A stretch of 64,000 nt of DNA from NCBI GenBank assembly GCA_964252035.1, contig OZ176205.1; one strand, given 5' to 3'. The stretch comes from Podarcis erhardii. Taxonomy: Eukaryota. The notes below the pieces were generated by a model, which saw only the letters and a program-made list of their open reading frames with translations, had not been told where the DNA came from and ran no database searches. Position 1 is the first letter of the stretch. Every line of letters starts with the position of its first letter. Shown one piece after another: positions 22,077-33,880 of the stretch. The position numbers and the translations under genes are program-made.

Positions 22077-24294
22077 CCCTCAGTTAGGTAGACTAAGTAC
22101 AGATTATCTCCTGTTTTGGCCCATTGTCTGCATGAAGAAAGAGGTTTTCTGAGGAGAGCATGAGCTGGGACCTAATTTTTCAAAGTAGATGTGCATCCAT
22201 ACCTTCTCCTTCAGGATGTTCTTTTCAAACAAAAATACAGGAAAACAGACTCTATGCAGGAATAAGGGAACCCAGAGTCCATTGGCCACATTAGAATGGG
22301 CCCAGTTAACATTTCAATCACAATCCACAGGTTGAAGAACACTGCTCATTAGTCAAGAGGTTATGTGACCTCAAATTGTTATTCTTTTGATTCAGAAAAG
22401 TGCAAGTTGTAAGCACTAAAACAATGGACATTTTGTATTTTCTGGTGGCAGACAATGTGCCACAAAGAAAGACTTAATCTTCCTCTCCCTCAATCTATCA
22501 TCCACCCACCCATCCATCCCTTCTTCTTCTTTCCTCTTCACCCTCAAATCCATTTTTTACCTGCTATCAAAAAGATGGTTGTGGTGTCATTGGGGTGGCC
22601 CACCTTTGATCAAATCTGAGTCCAGCTTTGAGCACAATCTACCAGCCAACAACCAAACACTAATGCTGGTAGGAAGGAGCAAGATGGGCATTTAAAGCTG
22701 ACAAGATTTCTAATTCTAAACCTTCTGCTCCCATTCCTCCCCCTCTATCCCATCTATGTGCCTGATAATTCTCCTGACGCAGCCTAAATGGAGAAGCAGT
22801 TGCCATTCCACCTTGGTGAAATGAGAAACACAAATGAAGTGCGGTTTGGTGCTAGAGCAGGGGCTTGACTCACTGATACAGTGTTTAACATGCTGCCGAG
22901 GTATTTAGAATAGAACCGCTTGCTACCATTTTAAGAAGACAGTTTATTCATCTAAACGGCAAGCGTATGTAGAAGAGGGTCTGAGATTGACGTCTTTGGG
23001 ATTAGTTTAGCCCTGCATTTTTTCTGGAGGTCGTTGTCATGGTGCTCAGGAGGTTTGTCGAATAAATGGGGCCAGCGTTCTTCTTGGGACCACATGCTAA
23101 AAACTAATACATAACGTTTAATTTACTGTCTCCGTAGCTAGCCCAGCCATTTTTCAGATAATAATATTGGATTAGAGCGACTTGCAAGGGTGGATGGGAG
23201 TGGGCAGGCAGGCATGTGGGGGCTGATGAGGAGCAATGAGAGTCGTTGTTGAGGTTCCTTGAAGCAGAGTCGATGGCTTGTGCACTTTTATTTCTTCACA
23301 GAAGCAAATTGAAAAGGGAAGTATCTTTAACTCCTGTGATCAGGTTGTTACATGCAATCTGAGAAAGAAGGCAAGGGTTTACATTGCAACCAGAGCCCTC
23401 CCTGATGTCAAAATGTTGTATCTAGCCTATTATGATATGGGGAGAAGGATCCCATCCTTTAGCTTCAAATTTTATTTTTCTATCTTGGCCCTTTCTGATA
23501 CAAAGATGGTCACATTTTTGCAAGGTGGGTACTTCTCTGAAAATTGTTTGTTGCTGCAGTTAGAAGACCAGGGTATTTGTTCCTCAAATGGTTGGTTCGT
23601 GTAGGATTTTATAAACACTGTTTTATTTGCCTATTTATTTAATAAACTTACACCCCTCTTTTTCAGATAAATTATAATAAACTACATGATCACAAAACAC
23701 AGTAACAGTTTTCACCCCCTCCAAAGTGACCACTCCATTATCTCAAAAGACAGGGGCTTTCAGCTGTCACAAACTTATTTAGGTTTAAAGTGTCTGTGTA
23801 TATGACTAATCTGAGCTGAAGTTGAGTCAGTCAAGATTATAAATCCAAACCCAACTATAAGGCTGTGGTAAGTTTAGTGAGGAGCTGTTGGTTAGTTTTT
23901 GCACATTACACACCAGCCCAGAGAAATTAATGTAATTGGGTTGGCAAATTTCCTAGAAAATAGGCTAAAAGCCATTCACATGCAAATATATGCACATTTT
24001 AAGTTGTTCACTACTTAGCTGAGCTTATTTTACAGAGCTCAGATGGTTTGGAGTGGGTGGGCACCTTGCCTCGGGTCACCACTGGGGATGGGGGATAATC
24101 CAGTGGCAACAGAGAAGTGGGTGATATGAGGCTAGGCTGGTTCAGAAAGGCTTTGCTTTTTTAAAAAAATAGTGGCCTGAATAGAGTTACTTAGAGAGTT
24201 ATCAGCTGGACTAATGGGAAAGAGAAGAAGACTATTTCATGTATAACAAGCAGCATGGTAATTACACAAAAATGGAAGTCACATGAGACAACCT

Positions 24295-24352
24295 GTTTGT
24301 TTGTTTGTTTGCTTGCTTGCTTGCTTGTTTGCTTGTTTGCTTGTTTGCTTGT
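24295..24352. repeat. Compound (TTTG)n/(CTTG)n microsatellite
   Basis: Direct inspection. Confidence 0.95.
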
Positions 24353-24607
24353 GGGACAATTCTTTGCTCCCCTAAAGGGCAGCTGAGGAACTATAAGATT
24401 GGTAGAAGGGCCACAATGCTAACAGAGAGGGAGTCCAGCTGCCCAACTGACCACCAGTGAGTCAGAAAGCTCCACCAATAACACTGTCCCACTGACAGTG
24501 TTTTGTGAATGATGAAGACCAAAGCAGGACGTGATCAAAGGTAGCAGGGGAGGGTGTAGATACACAGGATACTAAGCTCCATCATTATCTTGACATATCC
24601 CCCTCCC

Positions 24608-24647
<40 letters not shown>
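24608..24647. repeat. (GAAA)n microsatellite, about 10 units
   Basis: Direct inspection. Confidence 0.95.
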
Positions 24648-25135
24648 GTGAGTTCCTGAAACGTCCTGGAACTAAAATTGTGGTTAATGAGGGGGGAAGA
24701 AGAGTGAAAAAAGAAAAAGCTATCTCCTGTTGCTGAGCATGTGAGCTTCACCTGCTCACCTGCTGTTTGTCAGTGACCACTGATTTTTTTTGGGGGGGGG
24801 CTGCACTCCATCTGAAAATGAGAACATTTGCACAAATGACAAAGCCTATGCAAATCTATGCAAATGGGTGGAGAGTCAAATCAACATATAGTGAGCCCAG
24901 AAAATCCTGTTAGCATCCCTGTTCTCAGTAAATGAACCTCCTTAAAGTATTGTCAAAGCGCTCTATCATTTCCCATAAATCTTTTTTGTGCATGGAATTT
25001 ATACCTCTGCCATTGCTCTGAAGTTTGCACAGGACTGATAACCTTCACAGTTTCAAGTAAACTGCTGACCATTTTGCCTGCATAGCTTGCGGTAAAAGAA
25101 AGGAAATTCTGTGTTATTTGGGATATTTCTGAGAT

Positions 25136-25188
25136 TAACAGTATAGGAAATCCTGTACTGTAACAGTATAGGAAATCCTATACTGTAA
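25136..25188. repeat. Tandem duplication of a 25-bp self-complementary unit
   Basis: taacagtataggaaatcct(g/a)tactg occurs twice, followed by taa. Each unit contains ACAGTATAGG-aaat-CCT(G/A)TACTGT. Confidence 0.95.
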
Positions 25189-26281
25189 TTAGAAAAAGGT
25201 TTAATAATATACTAATATTTGTAATTACTGAATGGATCTGTGCAGTTGAATAGTGTTTGGCACCAAATGCTTCACCCCACTGATTCTGCATTACTGCTTT
25301 TATGTCTTTTTGTTTGAGTACATTTTCTGAGAGATTTTCATGCACATTAAAAGTTAGGAGGTGCAACTGAGGTGCTTTTGCTTGTATCCCTTTTTAAACC
25401 CTCAGATAGTATTTCAATGGCTAAGAAAAAAGTTTTCTTTAACAAAAGCAATATTTAGCATGGGCTTCTTAGGGAGCCTCATATGTGGTCATTTGACCAA
25501 GGCACTGCTCACCTTTATCCTATGCATTTTTGGTGGCATCTTTCTTGTCCAGGTGCAGAGATAGTATTGCATATTCTTTTATAATCCCAGATGATGTATA
25601 CTTTACCTGTATGTATAATTATGTAGTTTCCCAATGTGTATGCCAGTGATACTGGAGTGGAGATGATGGGGGAACATTATTTCATACAGTGCCTTTCACT
25701 TAACCCAAAAATTCCAAGTTGCTGTCTTTACTTTTTCCAAATCATCTCTCTTTCCCTAATGGGCGGTAGTTCCTGCAAGATGTAGTTGTGTACTGGTGTT
25801 TCTATGTCATGACTGCCAGTGTTGTTCTTCAGTGATGTATTTCCATGTGAGAGATACAAAGCTAAATAATACAGCTACCTCTGCCACTAACACAAACATA
25901 GGAGCACAATGGAGGACAGAGGAGGGGCAATGTTCATGCATCCATTCCTAAACATAGGCACTGTATGCAAGCCACCACACATGAGGCCCAGAAATGATAT
26001 TCTTGTTTGTCCCATACTGGGTGACAGGTTTGGCATGAGGTGAATATTTAGCTCTCTGAATGACTTCCTGCATCATTCTCAAAAGCCATCTCAAGAGTTA
26101 TCACACCACATGTCCATCTAACTTAAAAGATGTCCCTCTCTATAGCTGGTTGTTGGTGATCATGTTTTCTTAATTAGCATTTTTTGCTATTACATATCAC
26201 ACATCCTTCTACGCTTCCTCTTGAGAACAAGGAACACTTTGCATTGTTAACTGCTTCTCCCTTTCCCCACTTCTTCCACAG

Positions 26282-26377
26282 TCAATTTTGTTGTCAGCCT
26301 CAATCAAGCGAGAAGGAGACTCTCCAACAGCATCACCTCACTCCTCAGATGATATCCATCACTCAGACAGATACCAG
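26282..26377 (+). CDS. RNF220: RNF220 internal coding exon (96 nt): SILLSASIKREGDSPTASPHSSDDIHHSDRYQ
   Basis: Acceptor ccccacttcttccacAG and donor CAG|GTGAGA, phase 0/0. Matches recalled RNF220 SLLLSASIKREGESPTASPHSS..DDLHHSDRYQ. Confidence 0.95.
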
Positions 26378-26695
26378 GTGAGATAGCAACCAGGAGGACT
26401 CAGCTGATGACTGAAAACCAGGAGTTACTAAGCTCCACTACTAGTTCTTTCAGTGCTGCCATTCAAGTCCTTAACTTTTTAGCCTTTTATGTTTTTCAGG
26501 GATTATAATATCCCACTTATTTAATGCATATGTCCTTGCATCTGGGAAATCTTGCGAAAAAAAGTACTATGGTATACAAATGTTAAATAATACCCTTAAC
26601 AGGTTTGCACCCAGTATAGCTTTCTGGTTCCTAATGCTTCTTGGTGCATCATGGCATAAAATACAGTTGTTAAGTTAATAATACAGTTACAGTTG

Positions 26696-26697
<2 letters not shown>

Positions 26698-26746
<49 letters not shown>

Positions 26747-26930
26747 CCCCCACCCATCTCTATTTATACCCCACCCACTCTGGGTGGCTTACAGCATATC
26801 TAAAAACATAAAATCTCCCAGTACAGGGCTGCCTTCAGATGTCTTCTAAAAGTTGTCTTCTAAAAGTTATCTCCTTGACATCTGAAGGGAGGGCGTTCCG
26901 CAGGGAGAGTGCCACTACTGCCTGTACCCT
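26698..26930 (-). mobile_element. L2 LINE 3' end with (TTA)16 tail (26698-26745)
   Basis: ccactctgggtggcttacagc...cagggctgccttcagatgtcttctaaaag...ccttgacatctgaagggagggcgttccgcaggg, a squamate L2 3' end in reverse. Confidence 0.85.
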
Positions 26931-28280
26931 GTAACTATTATTGAATAACGTTAGTTTTAATATTACTGTATTTTGTAAATGGATGGAAAATAGGACTAAG
27001 CATAATGCCCCAATTAGCCAGAAACAAGTCACCACCAGTGGGACTCCATTCTGAAAATCATGTAAATGGAATTTGCAGGTGTAAAAAGTGTTGTAGCCTT
27101 GTCAATTTTATTGGTCAGTAAGTTTTGTATAGTTTATTAAGGTGTGAACACAAAGGTTATCTGCTGTACTGCGTCCAAAGCCAATAGAAGGTCACTGTAC
27201 AACTACAGTTCCTATTAGAGTCTGAAATATGCGCGCGCACACATTATGGGGTGCTGCCCATCATCTCCATGGGTATATGGACTGTACTACTAGTTGGTAT
27301 GCAGCCAGTGCATAACTGTGCTAATGAATCAGTAGTGGTCTGAGGCTGGGATGAACATTTGTGTCTATTGTATGACTAATATATCTAGCATTATATGTCT
27401 TTTCTTAATTGTTAGAAGCTCCTGCCATAGTCATAGTTTATATAGTTCAGACTATGCCAGAGATATGAAGTGTTCACACTCTGTACTTTCTGCTAGTTCA
27501 TGCTCTCAAAAATGAATCAACACTGTTCTGAATATTGTCAAATACAGATAAACATTGCTAATAGTATTCTTCTGTATGCAGTAAGTGATCCCAGTTTGCA
27601 TTTGATGGCTTTACTTTTCACAACAGGCACTTCACAGAGACTCATAAATTCTTGATGGAGAGGCAAATGGGAATTATAGTTTGCTTTTATAGGGTAGAAG
27701 ACCGGAGGATGATCCTTTTTTGTATTTTTTACTGCTCTAGAATTTGCAGGCCGGAGTAGTACAAAGCAACTCCATGGTATAACTAGAATATGACTAGGGA
27801 AATCTCCTCTGGGAGCTAATCCAATGGGCTTTATGCAAATAAAATAAAATAAAATTCTCCTCTTGATTCCAAGAGCTGTAAGCTGAGCTTTTCACGTGCT
27901 GGATGTGTGCCCTGATTATATATTTCTTTAAAACTGCAGTGCTGGTAATTTTGCATTGCAAGTTCTTTATGGCATTTATGATCTGCTAGGAAATATACTG
28001 TATATATTAGTGAGAGATTGGGAAGAAAACTTTTGCTTATGAGGTTGTTCTGAAGGAAATTTCACGAAGTTTGCACCGATAAGCTCTGTTGGTGGCTTAG
28101 CAAGGACAGAAACAGTTCACCATTTAGCCCATAGTGATCACATGGAAACTTAACCTGATGCACCTGCAGTTACATGGGGGAGCTCTCTGTGATAAAGCAA
28201 ATATTTCCACATCCCTGCTACCAGTGATATGTAGAGAATATATTTTATGTGGGTAAATGGTGCAGTCAGCTGCCATGAGG

Positions 28281-28402
28281 TTACAAAAGGTAGGTGCAGA
28301 TTACCATTTACTATGTAATTGCCACTTGCAAACACTACGGCATGCATGTGTTTGCAGGTGGCAATTACATAGTAAATGGTAATCTGCACCTACCTTTTGT
28401 AA
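28281..28402. repeat. Near-perfect inverted repeat: 55-bp arms with 12-nt loop
   Basis: Arm 28281-28335 versus arm 28348-28402 gives 54/55 Watson-Crick pairs. The single mismatch is T28326/G28357. Loop tacggcatgcat. Confidence 0.98.
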
Positions 28403-31400
28403 AGCATCAACAGAGCTATCCTGTCCAAGCTTTCTAAAATTCCTTACAGAATAACCACATGAACCACAGCCATACATCTAGAACTGTCAGAACTGGGCCA
28501 TGGGTTGTGGTCTGCAGTTGGGAACATGGAGTCAGGACCCAATGGAAGTGAGAAGGGTCAGAGAATAAAGACTGAATAGCAATTAGTACCAGAGGTGAAA
28601 TCAGAAGATAAGTCTCAGGAACATAGAGTAATAAGGATCAGCGGACAAAAAACCAACACAGAGCCAGTAGGAGTCAGGACCATAGTAAAATCAGGATCAG
28701 AGGGTAAACCAGAAGGCAGAACTAGGATACCTCCACATGACCTGTTTATTGAACATTCATCCTTGTTTTACTCTAAGTTGCTACTGGAAGAATTTTTTTA
28801 TTTTGTTTCATCCTGGTTTGTTTGCATTGTTATATGGCTTCCCGTCAATCATTTCCAACACTTTCTAGTGCATTGCCTCATCACTTTCTGCACCACAAAA
28901 AGCCCTTTTTCTAAAGTGGGGTTGTTGTGCAAGAGCACCAGAACGCTTTAATCTACTTTAATTGTGCAAACCTAAATTAGCTGGTATGCAATTGAATCTT
29001 TCCCGCAAAATAGTAACAGTCTGGAATGGATCTTAGTAGAACAAGCAAAGTTCTACTGAGACAGGAAGCCCTCTTGTTTTCCTTCCTGCCTAGGCTTGAA
29101 TAGTCATTCTGGAAGGTACCTGCCCAAGAAGTTGTAGTGATTTTGCTTGCCACATGGGGTGATTAATGGTCAACAGTTCCTGAAATATGTATTTAGATCT
29201 AGTTGGATACAAATGTAATATGGTAAAGCAAGGGAAAATTCGGTAGGAACAGAATTAGGAAGTGAAGCATTATTATGAGAGCTGAAAGCTTGATCAGAAA
29301 ACTAGGATCTAGTCCAAGTTATAATTTGGCAGCCAAAATTAGTTGCTAGCTCTCTCCTACTTGGCTGTTTGGCACCTATACTGCATTTTTCTGTGTTCTT
29401 ATAGAAAAGGGGAGAAATGTTTTAAGTTAACAGTGTTGTCCCACATGCATTTGATTTAAACTAGAGTTATAGAAAGGCTACTACAAATATTGTTGTGGAA
29501 TTATGGTATAAAGAAAAAGAACAGATTACCGTATGTTGCAATTGAAACTGTCTCCTCTGCATTTGCAGCTCAGGCCCAGAAGCCTTGAATTGTTTTCAGA
29601 GAGAGCAAGTGAAACTGACAGGAAGTTGTTGGTTTTTTTGAGTGATCATGTTGAGTGAAATAGCAACGGCAGGATGGTTGAGGAAAAGAGGTGAAAGGAA
29701 GCAGAAATGTAGGTAGGTAGGTAAATGAGAGGTTTGAAGTTGCTCTGGCTGCATTAATCTGACATCTCTTGAGTAACACAAGGAGAACAGTATTGCTTTT
29801 TGAAAATGGAATTTTTATACTGTGTCCTTTCTTCCCAGCTTTCTGCATAAGAATAGGATTAATGACATGACTGTTTCTTGACAAAAAGAAAGAACTGTTC
29901 CAGTTAAAGAGTATGTTAGCATTCTAACACAGAGAATCAATTTAGGTCAGGTCCTAGAAAATATTGGAGCACTCCTATCTCTCCTTGTAATAAATGTTAA
30001 ATGAGGATGCTAAGCACTAGACAGAGTCAGGTTCCAATATTCCAGACCAGGGTTTGGATAGTAAGTAGAGTGGAGCTGCTTGGTAAAAGTGCAATTTGCC
30101 TGAAGAAAAATCCATTAAAAATAGGATTTCACCCTCTCTCTAGGCAGTCAAACTGAGAGGAGGAGCCAGTCTCATTCAGCCCAGGTACATTCTGCCTTTG
30201 GCAGAATCAGTAGGCTATAGCTCCTTCTGTAAATGTGCCGGCCCATGTTCCCTCCACCTTCCATAGATATTGCCAGCATGTATAGTACTAATCAGGCTAT
30301 TAAAATACGCTTACATTATCCAGTTTATTACAGAGATTCATTTTTGCTTTGCACAAGTACACACAATGCCTTTGTTGGTTGCTGGCTGGTCTTTATATGG
30401 GCTGATCTTGTCTTCCAAAGATTCATAATACGCACATCCTTTGAAGATGTGCTTAAACAGTAGAGTGAAGGAATTCCCTATGGTACTCCCTAAACTCCAA
30501 GATACGTTACAGTATTTTGCACCCAGAAATATAAAAACTAGTATATTGTTATGTGCTGCATTCTTGCACGAGTCACTGAGGGATAGTCCATTGGCAACTC
30601 AAGTGCATCAGATAATGTGGATAAAGCTTCTAAAGAAGAGGCTCAGTGTACTAGAACGAAGCTACCAGCCGAGACTTCACTTGAAACAATTGCCCTCCTC
30701 CTCTCTCCTCAAAACCTCAATAATATGTATTTTACTACTTGTTTTAGCTTACAAACTAATGTCTTAACATCTGTGAAATATAAAGCATTTCATTCATATA
30801 TCAGTTTGTGACAGATGCAAGGCATTCGCTGTTTCTTAAAATCAGTGCAGACTTAGCATACAGAGGTGCTAATTAGTTATATAAATAGACAGCAGACAGT
30901 TGAGATTGCCCAAAATACTTGATTTTTCTCTTTTCCCCCCTTCAAAATCATACTGTCTACTTCTGTGCATATTGACCTAAGATATCTTATCTGCAATTGA
31001 CCCCAGTGAATTACAATGAATATGAATGAGAACAGACTACAATAAAAAATTACGGTAATAATCTCTCATTCAAGACTGTACAGCTAGTGTCCCCACCTTG
31101 TAGGGGAGCTGTGCAAGAGATATCAAAATGAGTTAAAAAGAATAAAATAGCAGAGAGATCAGAAGGGTGCAGACCTGTCCCAAATTTCATCCCTTAAGTT
31201 AAGTATTTACTGAAAAGAAACATGGAAAAGCCCAGTATATTGAAATAATTCAAAAGCTTAGGAAAAAAGCATTTTGAGAGGCTTATGGTTTTTGAAGTGT
31301 TTTTTTTTTTAAAGCAATTTAGGCCTCAGGATTGCAACACTGTCACACATGTTTGCCTTTAAACACTTGGATAGTCTTTGATGGCTTCAGCAGGATTGCT

Positions 31401-32499
31401 AATAGGATCAAAGTGAATCACTTCCCTTAAGTGTTTGCAGGATGTGGACCCTGGTTGGCAGGATAAAGGCCATTTTATAGATTTATCATTCTTGCAATCA
31501 CTGACTGTGACTTTAGAGTCATAAAAGAATAAAATAATGACTGCTTTGTCCAATAACATGTTGTATTTGGTAAGGTTTTATCTTCATTTCATCCCTGTAG
31601 AGAACTTCAGCTCATCACTGCCTTTTGACAGGAAAAGAGAGGAATGCTTATGTTTCTAGGAGTCTACAAGACCTGCACACACCACTTTTTGTTAGCCTTT
31701 TTATTATACATGCACACAACAGATAAAACACGTTTCACATAGCTTAATAAAACGCGAGACTTTCCACGCATGCCAAGAACAATTTACTGGATGTGATTCT
31801 TGCAACATACAGTGATACCTATAGCATTTCTTAGAAAAGAGGTGCCTCTCTGAATGGAGACATCAATTTATCAAGAGGAGTACCTTTATACAGTTGCAGC
31901 TTGTGTGCAAGTGTGCACTGCTGGGTTGTTGGTTTTCCTCTGCTTAGCCTCACAACTATTATTGCTGAGGGTTCTTAAGGTTCAAAGTTATGAAGCTGCT
32001 TATACCTGGGAAGTTACTTTATTGGTGCAGGGCACCCAAAAAGGCAGCTTGTCTTCTACAGAAAGTTGGTGTTGGTTCCTGCACTTTCTGTAATAGAAAT
32101 AAGCTGTGCTTTTTTTCTTTAAAAAAATGTTTAGGCATACTCTTATTTTCCTACTCATACTGAAATACTGCTTCTCAATGAGGCCAAACTTAAGATTCAC
32201 AAAATGTTTAGGGGTATGCGAACCCCTGCATCCCCCCAGAAGAAAAGCACTGGATATAAGCTTGAACTTTCTGTTTACAAGGGAGACAATATCGGGGTAC
32301 TTCTGACCCTGCTAATTGCAAAGTTATCTTTCCAAATTTTGTTAGCTTGAGCGGCTAACTTGCCATTTTTCTGCTCATTTCTCTAAGTCTCGGCAAGTTA
32401 AATTTCTGCCTGGGGAGCAGATGCACCTTGTCTGTGGTTGTACAGGAATGCATGTACACGTATGAACACTTAAGACACAGGGAGGCAGCCTTGATGTGA

Positions 32500-33305
32500 C
32501 GACAGGGGTGTTGCACGCATTTAGCAGTCTCCCTGTTTCCTTCGCCGACTTGCCGGAGGATTTGCTTGGGTAAAAGAATGTACCTTCCGTGCTTCTCTTC
32601 AAAACACAGACGTCCACTAAGGGGGCAGATTTTGGGGGAGACGCCGAGCGACGGGAGAGGAAGTGCTGCTTTGTGCCGGGGACGTTTATAGCCCTGCGTG
32701 GGGATATGGGGAGTGAGCAGTTGCGTCTCGGGAATCGGGCTCCTGGTGGTGTTAGAGGAGGTGCTGAGGGAGATCGCATCAAGCCGAGTGGTATTTGCGG
32801 CGCGAAGAAGGAAGCGTGGTAGCAAAAGCAAAAGTCCCGAGTCCCAGACCGCTCTTTGCCGCCCCGTTGCCATGAGAACAGCTTCCTCCCCCTGAACTCT
32901 CACCCCGCGCAGGCCGCGCAGACGCCTGGTCACATGATCGGAGCTAACATGGCGGCGGCCGCTGTTATGGGGAGCTGATTGCAGGTGCCGGGGCCGTTGC
33001 CTGCATCCGCCCTCATCCCCGGCCATGCAGAGCGAGAGAAGGGAACCCGGTGGTCGAGAAGAGGTGCGAGCGGAGCGCGTCTGAGAGGCCGGAGCGTCTC
33101 TGGGGCCGGAGCCGCTAGGGCAGGAGATGGGGCTTGTTTACATCCGAACGGGGGTTGGGCCATCATCCCTGAGGTGGGAGGGGTCTGCTTATATCCATAT
33201 CCATAAACTTGGAGGGTGCATTTTTTTCATTTAAGGACGAGGCATACCCTCCTCCCATCTTCGGGGCCGTGCAGAACGGCTTTGTTTATCTAAGGATGAC
33301 ACGGG
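32500..33305 (+). promoter_or_regulatory. Intragenic CpG island, probable internal promoter and alternative first exon of RNF220
   Basis: Abrupt GC- and CpG-dense block in otherwise CpG-depleted intron. Contains ETS-like GGAAGT (32659-32664), RFX X-box-like GTTGCCATGAGAAC (32866-32879), NRF1-like GCGCAGGCCGCGCA (~32907-32920), E/M-box GTCACATGAT (32929-32938) and YY1-type AACATGGCGG (32946-32955). Lies ~0.5 kb upstream of exon 33838. Confidence 0.75.
32934..32978 (+). other. Candidate uORF MIGANMAAAAVMGS* (in-frame ATGs at 32934, 32949, 32967; TGA at 32976-32978)
   Basis: Direct translation. Functional only if the internal transcript includes these ATGs. Confidence 0.45.
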
Positions 33306-33837
33306 TCCCTGGAGGGGAAAGACCAGGAGGAGGTTGTTTATCTTTGGTATCTAGGAACTAAGAGCAATACAGGTATACTTGTTCATTTGTAAGGAGATTA
33401 ATTTATAGCTAAGCCAAAGCTAGACAGCATTCTGCAGGCTGCTTTTCCCCATACAGTAGTCTTGTAGGCTGAGGAATTAGGGAGTGGGGAAGTGGTATGG
33501 AACCTTGCAAGCAGTTGGGATGAACGGGGCACCTACATTTCGGGTGCTGTGGATATCTATATTTGGACAACAGCCAAGTCAGAGGAAATGTGGGTGTATT
33601 TGTGTTTGAAGAAGTTATCTGGGGAAGATTAAATTGTGGTATTGGTTTGAATTGGTAAATATTGGCAACACCCAAAAGGGAAGTTTGTCAGGTAGATGAG
33701 AGTGCTGTGGTGGATTTTTCTAATCTAATTCCCCCATACACTCCCTAAGACTGCTTCTCAGAATGGGGTAAATAACTCTGTGGTTTTCTCACCAGCAAGT
33801 TCCTAATGCTTTTTTGCTCCTGATCTTCTCTTAACAG

Positions 33838-33880
33838 ACCTTCTTGCGAGTGAGGGCAAACAGACAGACCCGGCTGAATG
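33838..33880 (+). CDS. RNF220: RNF220 internal coding exon (43 nt): TFLRVRANRQTRLN(A)
   Basis: Acceptor tgatcttctcttaacAG and donor ATG|GTGAGT, phase 0/1. Peptide matches recalled RNF220. Confidence 0.95.

Noticed and set aside
25136-25188. CRISPR-like palindromic repeat (also 12651-12708 and 19079-19122)
   Set aside because: Only two or three units, no array of unique spacers, no cas genes, and a vertebrate context.
32355-33166. Minus-strand ORFs over the CpG island (223 aa, 135 aa, 78 aa) as an antisense gene
   Set aside because: Arg/Pro/Ala-rich low-complexity translations typical of stop-poor GC-rich DNA, with no homology cues or splice structure.
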